Below are positions 25,101 to 36,427 of a stretch of DNA of 64,000 bases, piece by piece. Within the stretch, counting starts at the first letter, position 1; every line of letters begins with the position of its first letter. Under the pieces are notes generated by a model, which saw nothing but the letters and a program-made list of their open reading frames with translations, ran no database searches and had not been told where the DNA came from. A program made the position numbers and the translations under genes. The DNA is from Octopus vulgaris (Eukaryota). The DNA lies in contig OX597831.1 of assembly GCA_951406725.2 (NCBI GenBank), positions 67,828,001 to 67,892,000 of the forward strand. The letters run 5' to 3'.

Positions 25101-25634
25101 TATATGAATAAGGTGGTTTCATCAAAACTAATTAGTATTTACCTTTCTGAAATTAAAGATTTTACAGTTTTTTAAATATAATTGTTGAATTTTAGTTTTC
25201 AGAAAATTCTTTCTTAAATATTTGACTATATGAACAAATTTATATAATCTGTGTGTGAGTGTGTACATGTATGCATGTGTGCGTGTGTGCATGCATATGT
25301 TTGTGCGTGTGTGTGTGCATATATGCACTGCATAACAGCTTTCTGACCTTGTTAAGTCTAAGAGCCTGCACTATCCTAGGTAATTAAAATGAATTTTTAC
25401 AGGTTTGTATCAACAAATACGAACCTTAATGTGGACCAAAAAACCATATTGAACACAATTGGGGAACTCACCTCATCAGCTACCTCTTGAATATCAAAGT
25501 AATTTCTACACCTAAAGGCAGGATCATTATTTCCTGTAGGTGAACAGTCTTAGAAAATATAGTCTAATAATATCTGGAATACACAAACAAAATGCTTGTG
25601 CCTGAACTACAAATCACAAAACTATAAATGTTAA

Positions 25635-25855
25635 CCCTTTTGTTACCAACCCAGCTGAAACCGATTCTGGCTCTGTTGTACAAATGTCTTGTTTTCATAA
25701 GTTTTGAATTAAATTCTTCCACCAAACCTTAGTCACAATTTATGTTCCTAACACAAGCTGAATGATAACTGAGTTATTTTACTAAATTCTTTGCTATACT
25801 GCAAGTAATTGAAAGAAACACATAGCATCTCAAAATAAATACAGTAATGAAAGGG
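25635..25855. mobile_element. piggyBac-like MITE
   Basis: TTAA|CCCTTT...AAAGGG|TAAA; reverse copy at 54083-54297. Confidence 0.75.
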
Positions 25856-26242
25856 TAAACACCAATATATAGAACAAAATAAAACTTATAAATGATTAAT
25901 AATTACTAAATCAACTTATATGAAACATACAAATAATTAATTATAATTAGTAAATCAAATTATATGACAAACTCAAAAGTTGTTATAAATACTAATATAT
26001 AAGATGAATACTAAAACCAATTAATGAATAAAACCTAAGAACTTATATGAATAAGTTAAATAGTAATAAATAATGTATTAAGAGACATACTTTGATTCAA
26101 CTGAAGGCAACATGAAGGCAACATGAATGATCAGCAGAGCCAAATTTTATTTGTCTACTTCCTTCAAGCATTTGCATATACAAGAAAGACTATTCTTTGA
26201 GCCAGAACTTATACTTCCAAAGTGGAATTTTGCATCATTAAC

Positions 26243-26530
26243 CAATGAAATGGGAAGAGAAAAGCAACCCATGGATAACCAGAGATGTACAACCCAAACA
26301 TGCATTCTTGAATTAACATCATTAAACCAAACATTCGTTTGTTCGTTATTGAAATGCCTGTTTTTTTCCCCATGCTAACATGTTATGTAGGAAGATATGT
26401 GAGACAGAATCTTACAGCAGGAAGATCATCCTATTGCCAACACAATACGAGTATGTTGAGTGTTTTTCTCTTCTCTGTATATCCAAAGACACGTGCATGC
26501 AAATCCACACATCTGTGTATGTCTGTGTGC
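26243..26530. repeat. Left arm of ~288-bp inverted duplication flanking the LTR element
   Basis: Reverse complement of 32641-32928, one mismatch seen. Confidence 0.95.
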
Positions 26531-26559
26531 ATATATATGTATGAATATCATATATGTAT

Positions 26560-26591
<32 letters not shown>

Positions 26592-26595
<4 letters not shown>

Positions 26596-27191
26596 AGGAA
26601 TATGTGAATATCTCCGCTTGCACTTTTGGGGTGCAAGTTGGTGCAATCACTTTCCGTTGCTTTTATATCCAGACTCTACCAGTCAAAGAAACACAAAACG
26701 CAGACGTAAAAAATAGATATACTTTATTGTTTTATACCGGTGAGAAATCAGTGGTATATCTGATGTCCTTGGTTCTGGGCGCGCAAGGCTGAAAGTTAAT
26801 CGATTGTAATATTTACAATGTTCAGCCGCTAAAAACAGAACGGGTCAAAATGGCGTCCGGAGGAAGAAGATGATGTCTGCAACAATTCAGGTTAAAAGTC
26901 TTCGGCCAAAAGACTGCTGCTATCAAAACCGGAGAGAGAGCGAATTAAACGTCTGCTTTGGTGAAATGCCTGCCGCTGTCTGTCGGACGCTAATGGTCAA
27001 CGCTTTATGCTCCCTTGCCTCTTTGTTAAGGCTCACGCTCCCTTGCCTCTTTGTTAAGGCTCGCGCTCCCTTGCTAAGGCCACGTCAGCAAGGCCACGTC
27101 AGCTAAGGCCACGTCAGCAAAATTCCCTCTTTCGGACTTCGTGTATTCGCGAGAGGGCGTTGCGCGCGCGCTGTTGTATAGGATCACTACA
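26592..27191 (-). repeat. 3' LTR (600 bp)
   Basis: Matches 31773-32372 except at 26616 (G/T) and 26820 (G/A); AATAAA on the minus strand at 26723-26728. Confidence 0.97.
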
Positions 27192-27194
27192 AAG

Positions 27195-27203
27195 CTCCCC
27201 TCC
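27195..27203 (-). other. Polypurine tract
   Basis: Minus-strand GGAGGGGAG just upstream of the 3' LTR. Confidence 0.85.
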
Positions 27204-27408
27204 AGTGCCTAAGCACGAACAACAATTCCTTGTAGTGACCATAAAACTCAAGGTGGACACCAGATAACCAAAAATAGCACACAATATAATACATTAAACA
27301 GCAAAAAAAAAAAAAAAATTCACCTTAAAGGTAAAAAAAGAGAAAAGTACTCAAAATGAGCAAAATTCAATGAGTACTGAACTGTCACTGGGAAGTCAAT
27401 TGAAAATG

Positions 27409-30400
27409 TCAAATATAAATAGTTTTGGAAAGTTTTTTCGGCCAGTGAACAGTTCTGCCTGACCTCGTAACATAAGGTCTGTTCGAGGCAGGCTGCGACG
27501 ACGAAGGTGGTGTTGTCGATGTTGGTGTTGATAATGGTGCATGTGTAAATAGTGGTGTTGTCAAAGGTGCATGTGAAGGTTCAACGATGGTTGTAGCAGT
27601 GGGGTCATTAAAAGATGTTGACACCTCAAAATATGCCCCTTTAAGACGATCTACGGAGACGGTCTCCGAACGACCGTTAATTTCAAGTTTGAATACCTTC
27701 GGCGTGCGAGAAATCACACGAAAAGGTCCTTTATAAGGAGAAACAAGAGGTCCTTTGACAGAATCATCACGAATAAAAACATGCGTCCAAGAATTAAGGT
27801 CTGATGGCACACTAGAAGGAGGATTTTGGTGTCGAGGATCCATAGGAGGAAGGGCAGAAAATATCTGCGTAATCGAGCAACATAAGACTCTAAATTAAGA
27901 GACTGTGACTTGTCTGGCACCAACATCGTACCAGGCAATGCCAGTGTGGTACCATACAAGAGCTCGGCAGACGAAAAACCAAGGTCTGCTTTAATCGCAG
28001 TCCGGCATCCAAGCAGGACGATCGGTAGAAATTCAGTCCATGACTGTGGATTCGGCGAGGCACGCAAAGCGGCCTTAAGTTGCCTATGGAAACGCTCCAC
28101 CATCCCATTAGAAGCGGGGTGGTAACTTGTGGTGCGTATATGATGCATCCCCAGGATACGTGATAACTCACAAAACAATGCAGACTCAAATTGTCGACCA
28201 CAATCTGTGGTTAAACTGTACGGTACACCATACCTCGAAATCCAATTAGATACGAAAGCCCTCGCAACAGTTTCAGCTGAAATGTCTGCTATAGGAATAG
28301 CTTCCGGCCAGCGTGAAAAACGATCAATACAAGTTAAAATGTATGAGAACCCGCGACTCACAGGCCATGGTCCAACCAAATCAAGGTGGATATGGCGAAA
28401 ACGGGCTTCAGGAGAGGAAAATTGTCCAAGTGGAGCACGAACGTGTCTATGGACTTTAGCACTCTGGCACCTCAAACAAGAGCGTGCCCAAGAGGTAATT
28501 GATCGTCGCATATTGGGCCAGAAGAACCAAGCAGTAACAAGCTTTACTGTGGCAGAGATACCTGGATGTGACAGTGAATGAAGAGCATCAAACACGGAAC
28601 GTTGATGTTTCTCAGGTACTAATGGTCTAGGTGAACCGGTAGAAACGTCACAAAGAATAGAGCCTTCCGCTGTAGGGAGCGGAAGGTAGTTAAACTTACA
28701 GTTAATAAACTTAGGCGAAGTTAAATCCAACTCCTCTAAAGGTGGTTGATCCTGCGAAATAGCAGTTAAATCAATTGCTGCAGGAGAGGAAATGGAATTG
28801 ACAGGGAGTCTAGAGAGAGCATCTGCAGGGACGTTCTCACTGCCTGGCACATGCCGAATGTCACTTGTAAATTGAGAAATATAGTCCAGGTGACGGAAAG
28901 CACGAGGAGAGAGTTTATCCGTTTTAGAAGATAATGCAAAAGTAAGGGGCTTGTGATCAGTATAAATCACAAACTCTCGTCCCTCGAGCTGGTGTTGAAA
29001 ATGCCGAACTGACAGATAGATCGCTAGTAACTCTCGATCAAAGGTACTATATCTGCGTTCAGCTGGCTTTAGCTGACAAGAAAAGAAAGCTAAAGGTTTA
29101 ACTTCACTCTCTACGGTGTGCTGCAAAACAGCGCCAATTGCAGACTCTGATGCGTCCACAGATAAAGTAAGTGGAGCATTAGGAGCCGGATGTGCCAAAA
29201 TAGGGACTGAAGCTAGTTCCTTTTTAACCAACTCAAAGGCAGACAGTGCTTCAGCCGAAAGAGTAAGACGGGCGTCCTTCTTGGAATTGCCCTTTAGCAT
29301 TTGTGTTAAAGGTAACAACTTGTCCGCACACCGATCTATGAAACGTCTATAGAAATTTACTATGCCTAAAAAATGGCGAAGTTGACGCAAAGAAGAAGGT
29401 GGTGCGATGCGCTGAATAGCATCGACTTTGGATGAGAGTGGTTTGATTCCTCTCGAGTCAATATAATGACCGAGAAAATTAAGAGATGGTTGCCCAAAAA
29501 CACACTTGTCTGGATTAATGCGAACACCATAGTCGTGAAGACGCTGAAAAAGCTGAGACAAGTGCAGGAGATGATTTTCATGCGTATCACTTGCGATTAG
29601 AATGTCATCGACATACGCGAACACAAAATCCAGTCCGCGAACAACTTCATCTATAAACCGTTGGAAAGTACTAGTGGCATTCCTCAAACCAAAACTCATA
29701 AATAAAAATTCGAAACAGCCAAAAGGAGTAGTAATTGCTGTTTTAGGAATATCGTCTGAGTTGACCGGTATTTGATGGTAGGCACGTATCAGGTCAACCT
29801 TAGAAAAAATAGTACAGCCATGTAAATTTGCCGAAAAATCGTTTAAAACCCTTATGGGATATTTGTCCGGAATCGTTACCGCATTTAGACGCCGATAATC
29901 TCCCACCGGGCGAAAATCTGTATCCCCTTTTCTTACTAAATGAAGGGGAGATGCCCATGGACTGGTGGAGGGGCGTATCAGACCGAGCTGGAGCATATGC
30001 TCAAACTCAGCCCTAGCAGTTTTAAGTCGATCAGGTGCAAGACGCCTTGGACGTGAAAAAACAGGAGGTCCAGTTGTTGTTATAAAGTGTCGTGTCGAAT
30101 GCAATGGCTTAGCCACCCTAAAGGTAACATCATATAGCTCTGGAAAAGAAGCTAAAAGAGAGTGAAAGACATCTCCAGATGTACCGACAAAAAATGTCGG
30201 GCTAAGAGCTAAATTGGTAGATTCTCCGGTCGGCGTGGAGAGTGTAGTCGAACTATCGACCAACCTCCGACGTCTGACATCTACCAACAAATCAAATTTA
30301 TCCAGAAAATCCGCACCTAAAATAGGATGCGGAATGTCGGCAATGACAAAAACCCATTGAAAGTCTCGTCGAAGACCAATATCAAGGCGCAACGACATCT

Positions 30401-30620
30401 GACCGAATGTGGCTATTGGTGACGAGTCAATAGCGTGCAAGATGACGTTAGATCGCTTTGGCCTGTCAGTTGTGCAACGCAGAGGCCAAATACTGCAACA
30501 AGAACCAGTGTCCACCATGAAGTTTTTCTTCGACACTAGATCTTTAACAAAGAATGCACGATAACCAGAAAATGTTGTGGAGGAAGTTGACGTGCTCAAA
30601 TTCTCCGAATCTAGTTTAAA
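27409..30620 (-). CDS. pol: Pol polyprotein (protease, RT, RNase H, integrase with GPY/F domain); one frameshift near 27860
   Basis: VDTGS (PR), YVDD (RT), DAS/ELLA/TDHKPL/ADALSR (RNase H), HHCC plus D-D-E (IN) in ORF 27714-30599. The C-terminal SPYKGPFRV...VSVDRLK is in ORF 27409-27843. Confidence 0.95.
30579..30620 (-). promoter_or_regulatory. Putative -1 ribosomal frameshift cassette (U UUA AAC plus hairpin)
   Basis: Slippery heptamer at 30620-30614 directly before gag TAG; 7-nt spacer; hairpin GGAGAATTTGA-GCACG-TCAACTTCCTCC; the -1 frame is the pol frame. Confidence 0.75.
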
Positions 30621-31329
30621 GACTTATAAGTGCATGGCTGTGTGCACCTATGTGCATTCTCTCCATACTTGGAGTGGTACCAACACAGTCCAGACTTAGA
30701 CTGTTTTGATCTCGAGGATGAACGACTGCGACTTCGCGATTTTGAAGATCGCTTACCATCGCGTCTATCCTTTTAGTGAGGGTTTCTATTAGTTTAGAAA
30801 GCCCCTCAATTGAGGCCGAAGAGGTCTGTAAACAGGCACAAGCAGACCGTGACGATGGTTGAACGGCAAATTCAACCATCTTATCAGCCATCGTTGCTAT
30901 TTGGTCCACTGTATTTGTCTCTAAGCCGGTTGCCAAAACGGTCTGTATATAGGCGGGCAACCTCGAAAATAAGATCTTCCGAAGGAGGGGGGCGTCTGAT
31001 GCATTACCACTTAACTCCCTCAGTCTTCGTAAAAATTCTGACGGAGTTCTGTCCCCTAGTTGCTCATCTGCCATTAACTCGTTGAAACGACTTTCCTCGC
31101 TTCGTGTATTTCTTTTTTCAACCTCTAATTTAACAGACGCATAAGTAGCGCCTGGACTAGGGTCTGTAATAAGGTCCCTTGCTGAAGATGCCAGTTGCGG
31201 CGGCATGCAACCATAAAGGATTTGCAACTGCTGCTCGGGAGTAATACTTTGTGCACGAAATTGTGCCTCTAACTGTGAAAACCACAGTGTGGCATCACCT
31301 GTAAAAGTAGGTAACGAACCCATAAACAT
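30611..31329 (-). CDS. gag: Gag; frameshift near 30765 relative to the Cys/His motif
   Basis: [17 protein letters not shown] and [16 protein letters not shown] are typical gypsy Gag. RSRSRS and [18 protein letters not shown] continue in the -1 frame to TAG at 30613-30611. Confidence 0.9.
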
Positions 31330-31759
31330 TTTGTAGCCTTTTATTCACTAGATGACTCTGTCAAATGGAAAAAAGAAAACTGACAACGAACCAACGCTGA
31401 ACAGACGCAACAAGGAAAAACAAAGGGAAAAAAGAAAGGAAGAAAGAAAGAAAGACCAACAATTGAACCAATAAATTTTGAATGTGCAATTTACAAAAAA
31501 AAAGTTTTTTTTTTTGGTTTTTTTTTTGTACTGTGTGCACAGAGAATAGAAAAAAAATTCTTTTCTTTTTTTTGTTTTTACCAACCTTCGTCGCGTTTTA
31601 ATCGAGAAAAAAAAAATTTCTTCTCTTTTTTTTTTTTTTCCGTGCGTGAGTGCAGATGAAGAAACAAACTGTTGAAAGGGACTGGAAAACAGGTTGGTCG
31701 TGTTTCAGACTTGGCAGAAAAACTGGATTTTTTCTTTTTGTTGAGTGTTCTCTGGAACT

Positions 31760-31771
31760 TCGGGGTCACCA
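31760..31771 (-). other. Primer binding site complementary to the tRNA-Trp 3' end
   Basis: TGGTGACCCCGA 1 nt inside the 5' LTR; matches the 3' end ...TCGGGGTCACCA of animal tRNA-Trp. Confidence 0.85.
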
Positions 31772-31772
31772 C

Positions 31773-32365
31773 TGTAAGGAATATGTGAATATCTCCTCTT
31801 GCACTTTTGGGGTGCAAGTTGGTGCAATCACTTTCCGTTGCTTTTATATCCAGACTCTACCAGTCAAAGAAACACAAAACGCAGACGTAAAAAATAGATA
31901 TACTTTATTGTTTTATACCGGTGAGAAATCAGTGGTATATCTGATGTCCTTGGTTCTGGGCGCGCAAGGCTGAAAGTTAATCGATTGTAATATTTACAAT
32001 ATTCAGCCGCTAAAAACAGAACGGGTCAAAATGGCGTCCGGAGGAAGAAGATGATGTCTGCAACAATTCAGGTTAAAAGTCTTCGGCCAAAAGACTGCTG
32101 CTATCAAAACCGGAGAGAGAGCGAATTAAACGTCTGCTTTGGTGAAATGCCTGCCGCTGTCTGTCGGACGCTAATGGTCAACGCTTTATGCTCCCTTGCC
32201 TCTTTGTTAAGGCTCACGCTCCCTTGCCTCTTTGTTAAGGCTCGCGCTCCCTTGCTAAGGCCACGTCAGCAAGGCCACGTCAGCTAAGGCCACGTCAGCA
32301 AAATTCCCTCTTTCGGACTTCGTGTATTCGCGAGAGGGCGTTGCGCGCGCGCTGTTGTATAGGAT

Positions 32366-32372
<7 letters not shown>
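31773..32372 (-). repeat. 5' LTR (600 bp)
   Basis: TG...CA termini; adjacent to the PBS. Confidence 0.97.
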
Positions 32373-32420
<48 letters not shown>

Positions 32421-32455
32421 GGTATATATATGTATATCGTATATGTATATGTGTA

Positions 32456-32531
<76 letters not shown>

Positions 32532-32552
32532 TATACGTATACATATATATAC

Positions 32553-32640
<88 letters not shown>

Positions 32641-32644
<4 letters not shown>

Positions 32645-32928
32645 ACAGACATACACAGATGTGTGGATTTGCATGCACGTGTCTTTGGATATACAGAGAA
32701 GAGAAAAACACTCAACATACTCGTATTGTGTTGGCAATAGGATGATCTTCCTGCTGTAAGATTCTGTCTCACATATCTTCCTACATAACATGTTAGCATG
32801 GGGAAAAAAACAGGCATTTCAATAACGAACAAACGAATGTTTGGTTTAATGATGTTAATTCAAGAATGCATGTTTGGGTTGTACATCTCTGGTTATCCAT
32901 GGGTTGCTTTTCTCTTCCCATTTCATTG
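32641..32928. repeat. Right arm of inverted duplication (mate of 26243-26530)
   Basis: Direct sequence comparison. Confidence 0.95.
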
Positions 32929-33380
32929 TGCATGTTTGTGCATATGTACACATAAGGACATTTTTATACATGCATAAGACTCTTAAAATACATATTTTCA
33001 TTTCTAATGAAATGAAAAAGATGTACAGCAGCCTAGAAGACTGAGGTGAACAAGTTTGAAACAATCACTGAAGCATCAATTTTTGCAATGGAGTACACTT
33101 TATTTAATTTTTTTCATACAGTCTAGATTGGTGGGTGTTGCTCATTTTTATGTAACCATGTCTAAGTGTGTGTGTGTGTGTGTGTGTGTGTACAGAGAGA
33201 AAGTGCAAATAAAAGATATACATAGATATAAAAGATACATATACAGATGGATATCATTTTTTGCTTATATGTTTAATGAATAAACACTTATTTTGATAGA
33301 ATTTTCACTCAACATATAGCTGCCACTCGTTTCTATTTCTGATCTCTCCCCTTTCTCTCTCTCTATACATGTATATATAC

Positions 33381-33431
<51 letters not shown>

Positions 33432-33458
33432 CGTATATATGTATATATGTATATATAC

Positions 33459-33500
<42 letters not shown>

Positions 33501-33663
33501 GTATATATACATGATGCTTCAGTGGTTGTTTCAAACTTGTTCACCTCAGTCTTCTAGGCTGCTGTACATCTTTTTCATTTCATTAGAAATGAAAATATGT
33601 ATTTTAAGAGTCTTATGCATGTATAAAAATGTTCTTATGTGTACATATGCACAAACATGCACA
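32927..33663. repeat. Second inverted duplication (32927-33078 / 33512-33663)
   Basis: About 150-bp arms, near-identical reverse complements. Confidence 0.9.
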
Positions 33664-33666
33664 TAT

Positions 33667-33881
33667 ACTCTTTTACTCTTTTACTTGTTTCAGTCATTTG
33701 ACTGCGGCCATGCTGGAGCACCGCCTTTAGTCGAGCAAATCGACCCCAGGACTTATTCTTTGTAAGCCCAGTACTTATTCTATCGGTCTCTTTTGCCGAA
33801 CCGCTAAGTGACGGGGACGTAATCACACCAGCATCGGTTGTCAAGCAATGCTAGGGGGACAAACACAAACACATACACACG

Positions 33882-33929
<48 letters not shown>

Positions 33930-34089
33930 TACGACAGACTTCTTTCAGTTTCCGTCTACCAAATCCACTCACACGGCATTGGTCGGCCCGGGGCTATAGC
34001 AGAAGACACTTGCCCAAGATGCCATGCAGTGGGACTGAACCTGGAACCATGTGGTTGGTTAGCAAGCTACTTACCACACAGCCACTCCT
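33667..34089 (-). mobile_element. SINE family A
   Basis: Full-length match. Confidence 0.9.
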
Positions 34090-34424
34090 AGCCTATATAT
34101 GTATACATTTCATGCACCATGTGTATAGAAGCTTTGTGTTTCTGGAAATCGTACTGTAATTTAGGATTTCAAAATGCAACATAAGTTTCACATCATGGAG
34201 TTCCATGTCATGGCTGGATTTTGTATGTGATCTAATTAACAGTGGTGTGGATGCTTGGGTGGCATAATAGCCAGAAAAAGAAAACTATTAGGAAGTTGCT
34301 ACCTTTGCTGACAACAAATGACTTCTACCTCAGAGTGAAAAGTAAATTGAATAATGTTTATGTGTAAAGTGCAAAGCCAAGGGGTAGCCAACTGGAACTT
34401 GGATGCAGAAGATTTGCAAAGATA

Positions 34425-34825
34425 TCGAGAGTTACACAAATGCCAGAACTGGGCGCCACTGAATAGTGCCAAGGACTCCAAATTTGCCATCAAGATGTAG
34501 GACAAGATACTGTGATAGCCTGGGCTTCCGAGGCCCACAGCTCTTCAATCTCCTCCCGAAGAACCTAAGAGACCTGCATGGGGTGGATGCAGATGTCTTT
34601 AAAATGAAACTGGATCTCTTCTTCTCAGGTGTCCCAGATGAACCAACTTCACGGCAGGAGGTGCAGATGAGGGCAGCTGCATCGAACTCTCTCATGCACC
34701 AGATGGCATTTGCTAAAAAGCATTCGTGAAGTAAAATCATGTAGCAACACCAAATGGCGGTGCCCCAGCATGGCCTCAGCTTGTGAGCTGAAACTAAATA
34801 AAAAATAAAATAGATAAATAAAAAA
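34425..34825 (+). mobile_element. LINE 3' fragment (CR1/Jockey-group-like)
   Basis: SLGFRGPQLFNLLPKNLRD...FKMKLDLFFSGVPDEP is a typical LINE ORF2 C-terminus; A-rich tail follows. Confidence 0.8.
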
Positions 34826-35981
34826 ATATGAAAGAAATAAATTGTATATATTTCTCTGGATGTGTAATGTTAGTGTGCATGAACTATGAAGTATAAATGA
34901 ACTGAAAGAAAATCTGTTTTGGAGGAATCAGATATTGTAAAAAGAGAGAAGATTGTTGGTATAGGAATGTGGTGCATATGAATAACAACAGCTGCATAAT
35001 AATGCTGGATGCTCAAATGGATGGTGCTTGTGGAAGAAGACTTAAATGTAGGATGAAATTTTGAAAACCAATCTCAAGGTGCTGAACATCACAAAAGATG
35101 TGACAAGGTAACATAACAAAGGGCAACATACTATACTTGGAAAATCCACACTCTCATACAAGTATAGTGGAAAATCCACTCTCATATAAGATGGGTAGTA
35201 ACAGTAGCATAGCTGCTCTTTCAGCATTGATCCCCTGCCATCTCCTGTCCATCTCTATGATACACTCCACTCTCCATTTCTCTCACTCTTATTTCTGTAT
35301 TCATTCACTGTCCCACTGGCCTTACCCCTTTTTCTTTCACTGTGCTTTCTCTACAGCCTCTCCAGCACTTCAACATCTCCTGCTCTTTGGTTCACTTCCC
35401 TAACACTCACTGCTCAATTTCATTCATTGCTCTTTCCTCAAAGCTTCTCTGGCCCCACTTCACCCTCATCTCTCTTTAACACACCCCTTTGCCCATATTC
35501 ATTCTTAGGACATAGGATAACATAGGATCCCTACTATTCAACTATTCAACTTGGTATCTAAATCTGTTTTCTCTGGAATCTTTTGTTATTTGAATATATT
35601 TCGAAATATCATCTGAAATTTATCAAGGGAATATTTATCTTTATGTTTAAAAAAAAAAACAGCAACAAAAATCTTGCAAGCAATACGTGCAAAAACTTTT
35701 GTTTCAAGCTCTTATTTTTCATTTTATTTCTGGCTCTCATAGTAATACAAACATCTTAAAACTCATACAAGGGAAGTCACTCTGAGAAACATCCTCGTTA
35801 AATTGCATTATGCTATATTAGCACCTCATTATAATATCTAGTTGTCTTCATGAAGGCATTTTCATGGTAGATAAGTGGATACCTGTTTACTACCATTATC
35901 AATTGAGTCCCTCAAGGTGCTGGGTGAGTGATTTGATTACCTATGGATGTACACTTATTTGTCATTTGGTTTGTAGTATGA

Positions 35982-36214
35982 CAGGCAGCGAGCTGGCAGA
36001 AACGTTGGCACGTTAGGTGAAATGCTTTGCGGTATTTCGTCTGCTGTTATGTTGTGAGTTCAAATTCCGCCGAGGTCAACTTTGCCTTTCATCCTTTTGG
36101 GGTCGATTAAATAAGTACCAGTTACGTACTGGGGTCGATGTAATCGACTTAATACCTATGTCTGTCCTTGTTTGTCCCTTCTATGTTTAGCCCCTTGTGA
36201 TTAATAAAGAAATA
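35982..36214 (+). mobile_element. tRNA-derived SINE, family C
   Basis: B-box GAGTTCAAATTCC; 14-bp TSD GGTTTGTAGTATGA. Confidence 0.85.
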
Positions 36215-36427
36215 GGTTTGTAGTATGATAGTTATTACTATTGCGTCTCAAGTTTCTGTCTAGAAAATTATCAGTAATAAGGTTACTATCTGTGCTAACT
36301 CTAAGTCGTATTTTCTGGAATACTTCAATCTAACTTTTCCCTGTAACAGTTTCTTGATAGAATCAGATCATCATTACAATATACATCTCAGTTTATTTCT
36401 GGAAATATTTTTCAATACATCTGGAAT

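Larger units (their letters stand above)
26592..32372 (-). mobile_element. Full-length Ty3/gypsy LTR retrotransposon
   Basis: 600-bp TG...CA LTRs, PBS, PPT, gag, and PR-RT-RH-IN domain order; TATA on both flanks within (TA)n. Confidence 0.98.

Noticed and set aside
26870-27106. Plus-strand 78-aa ORF repeated in both LTRs
   Set aside because: The identity simply reflects LTR duplication; no coding evidence.
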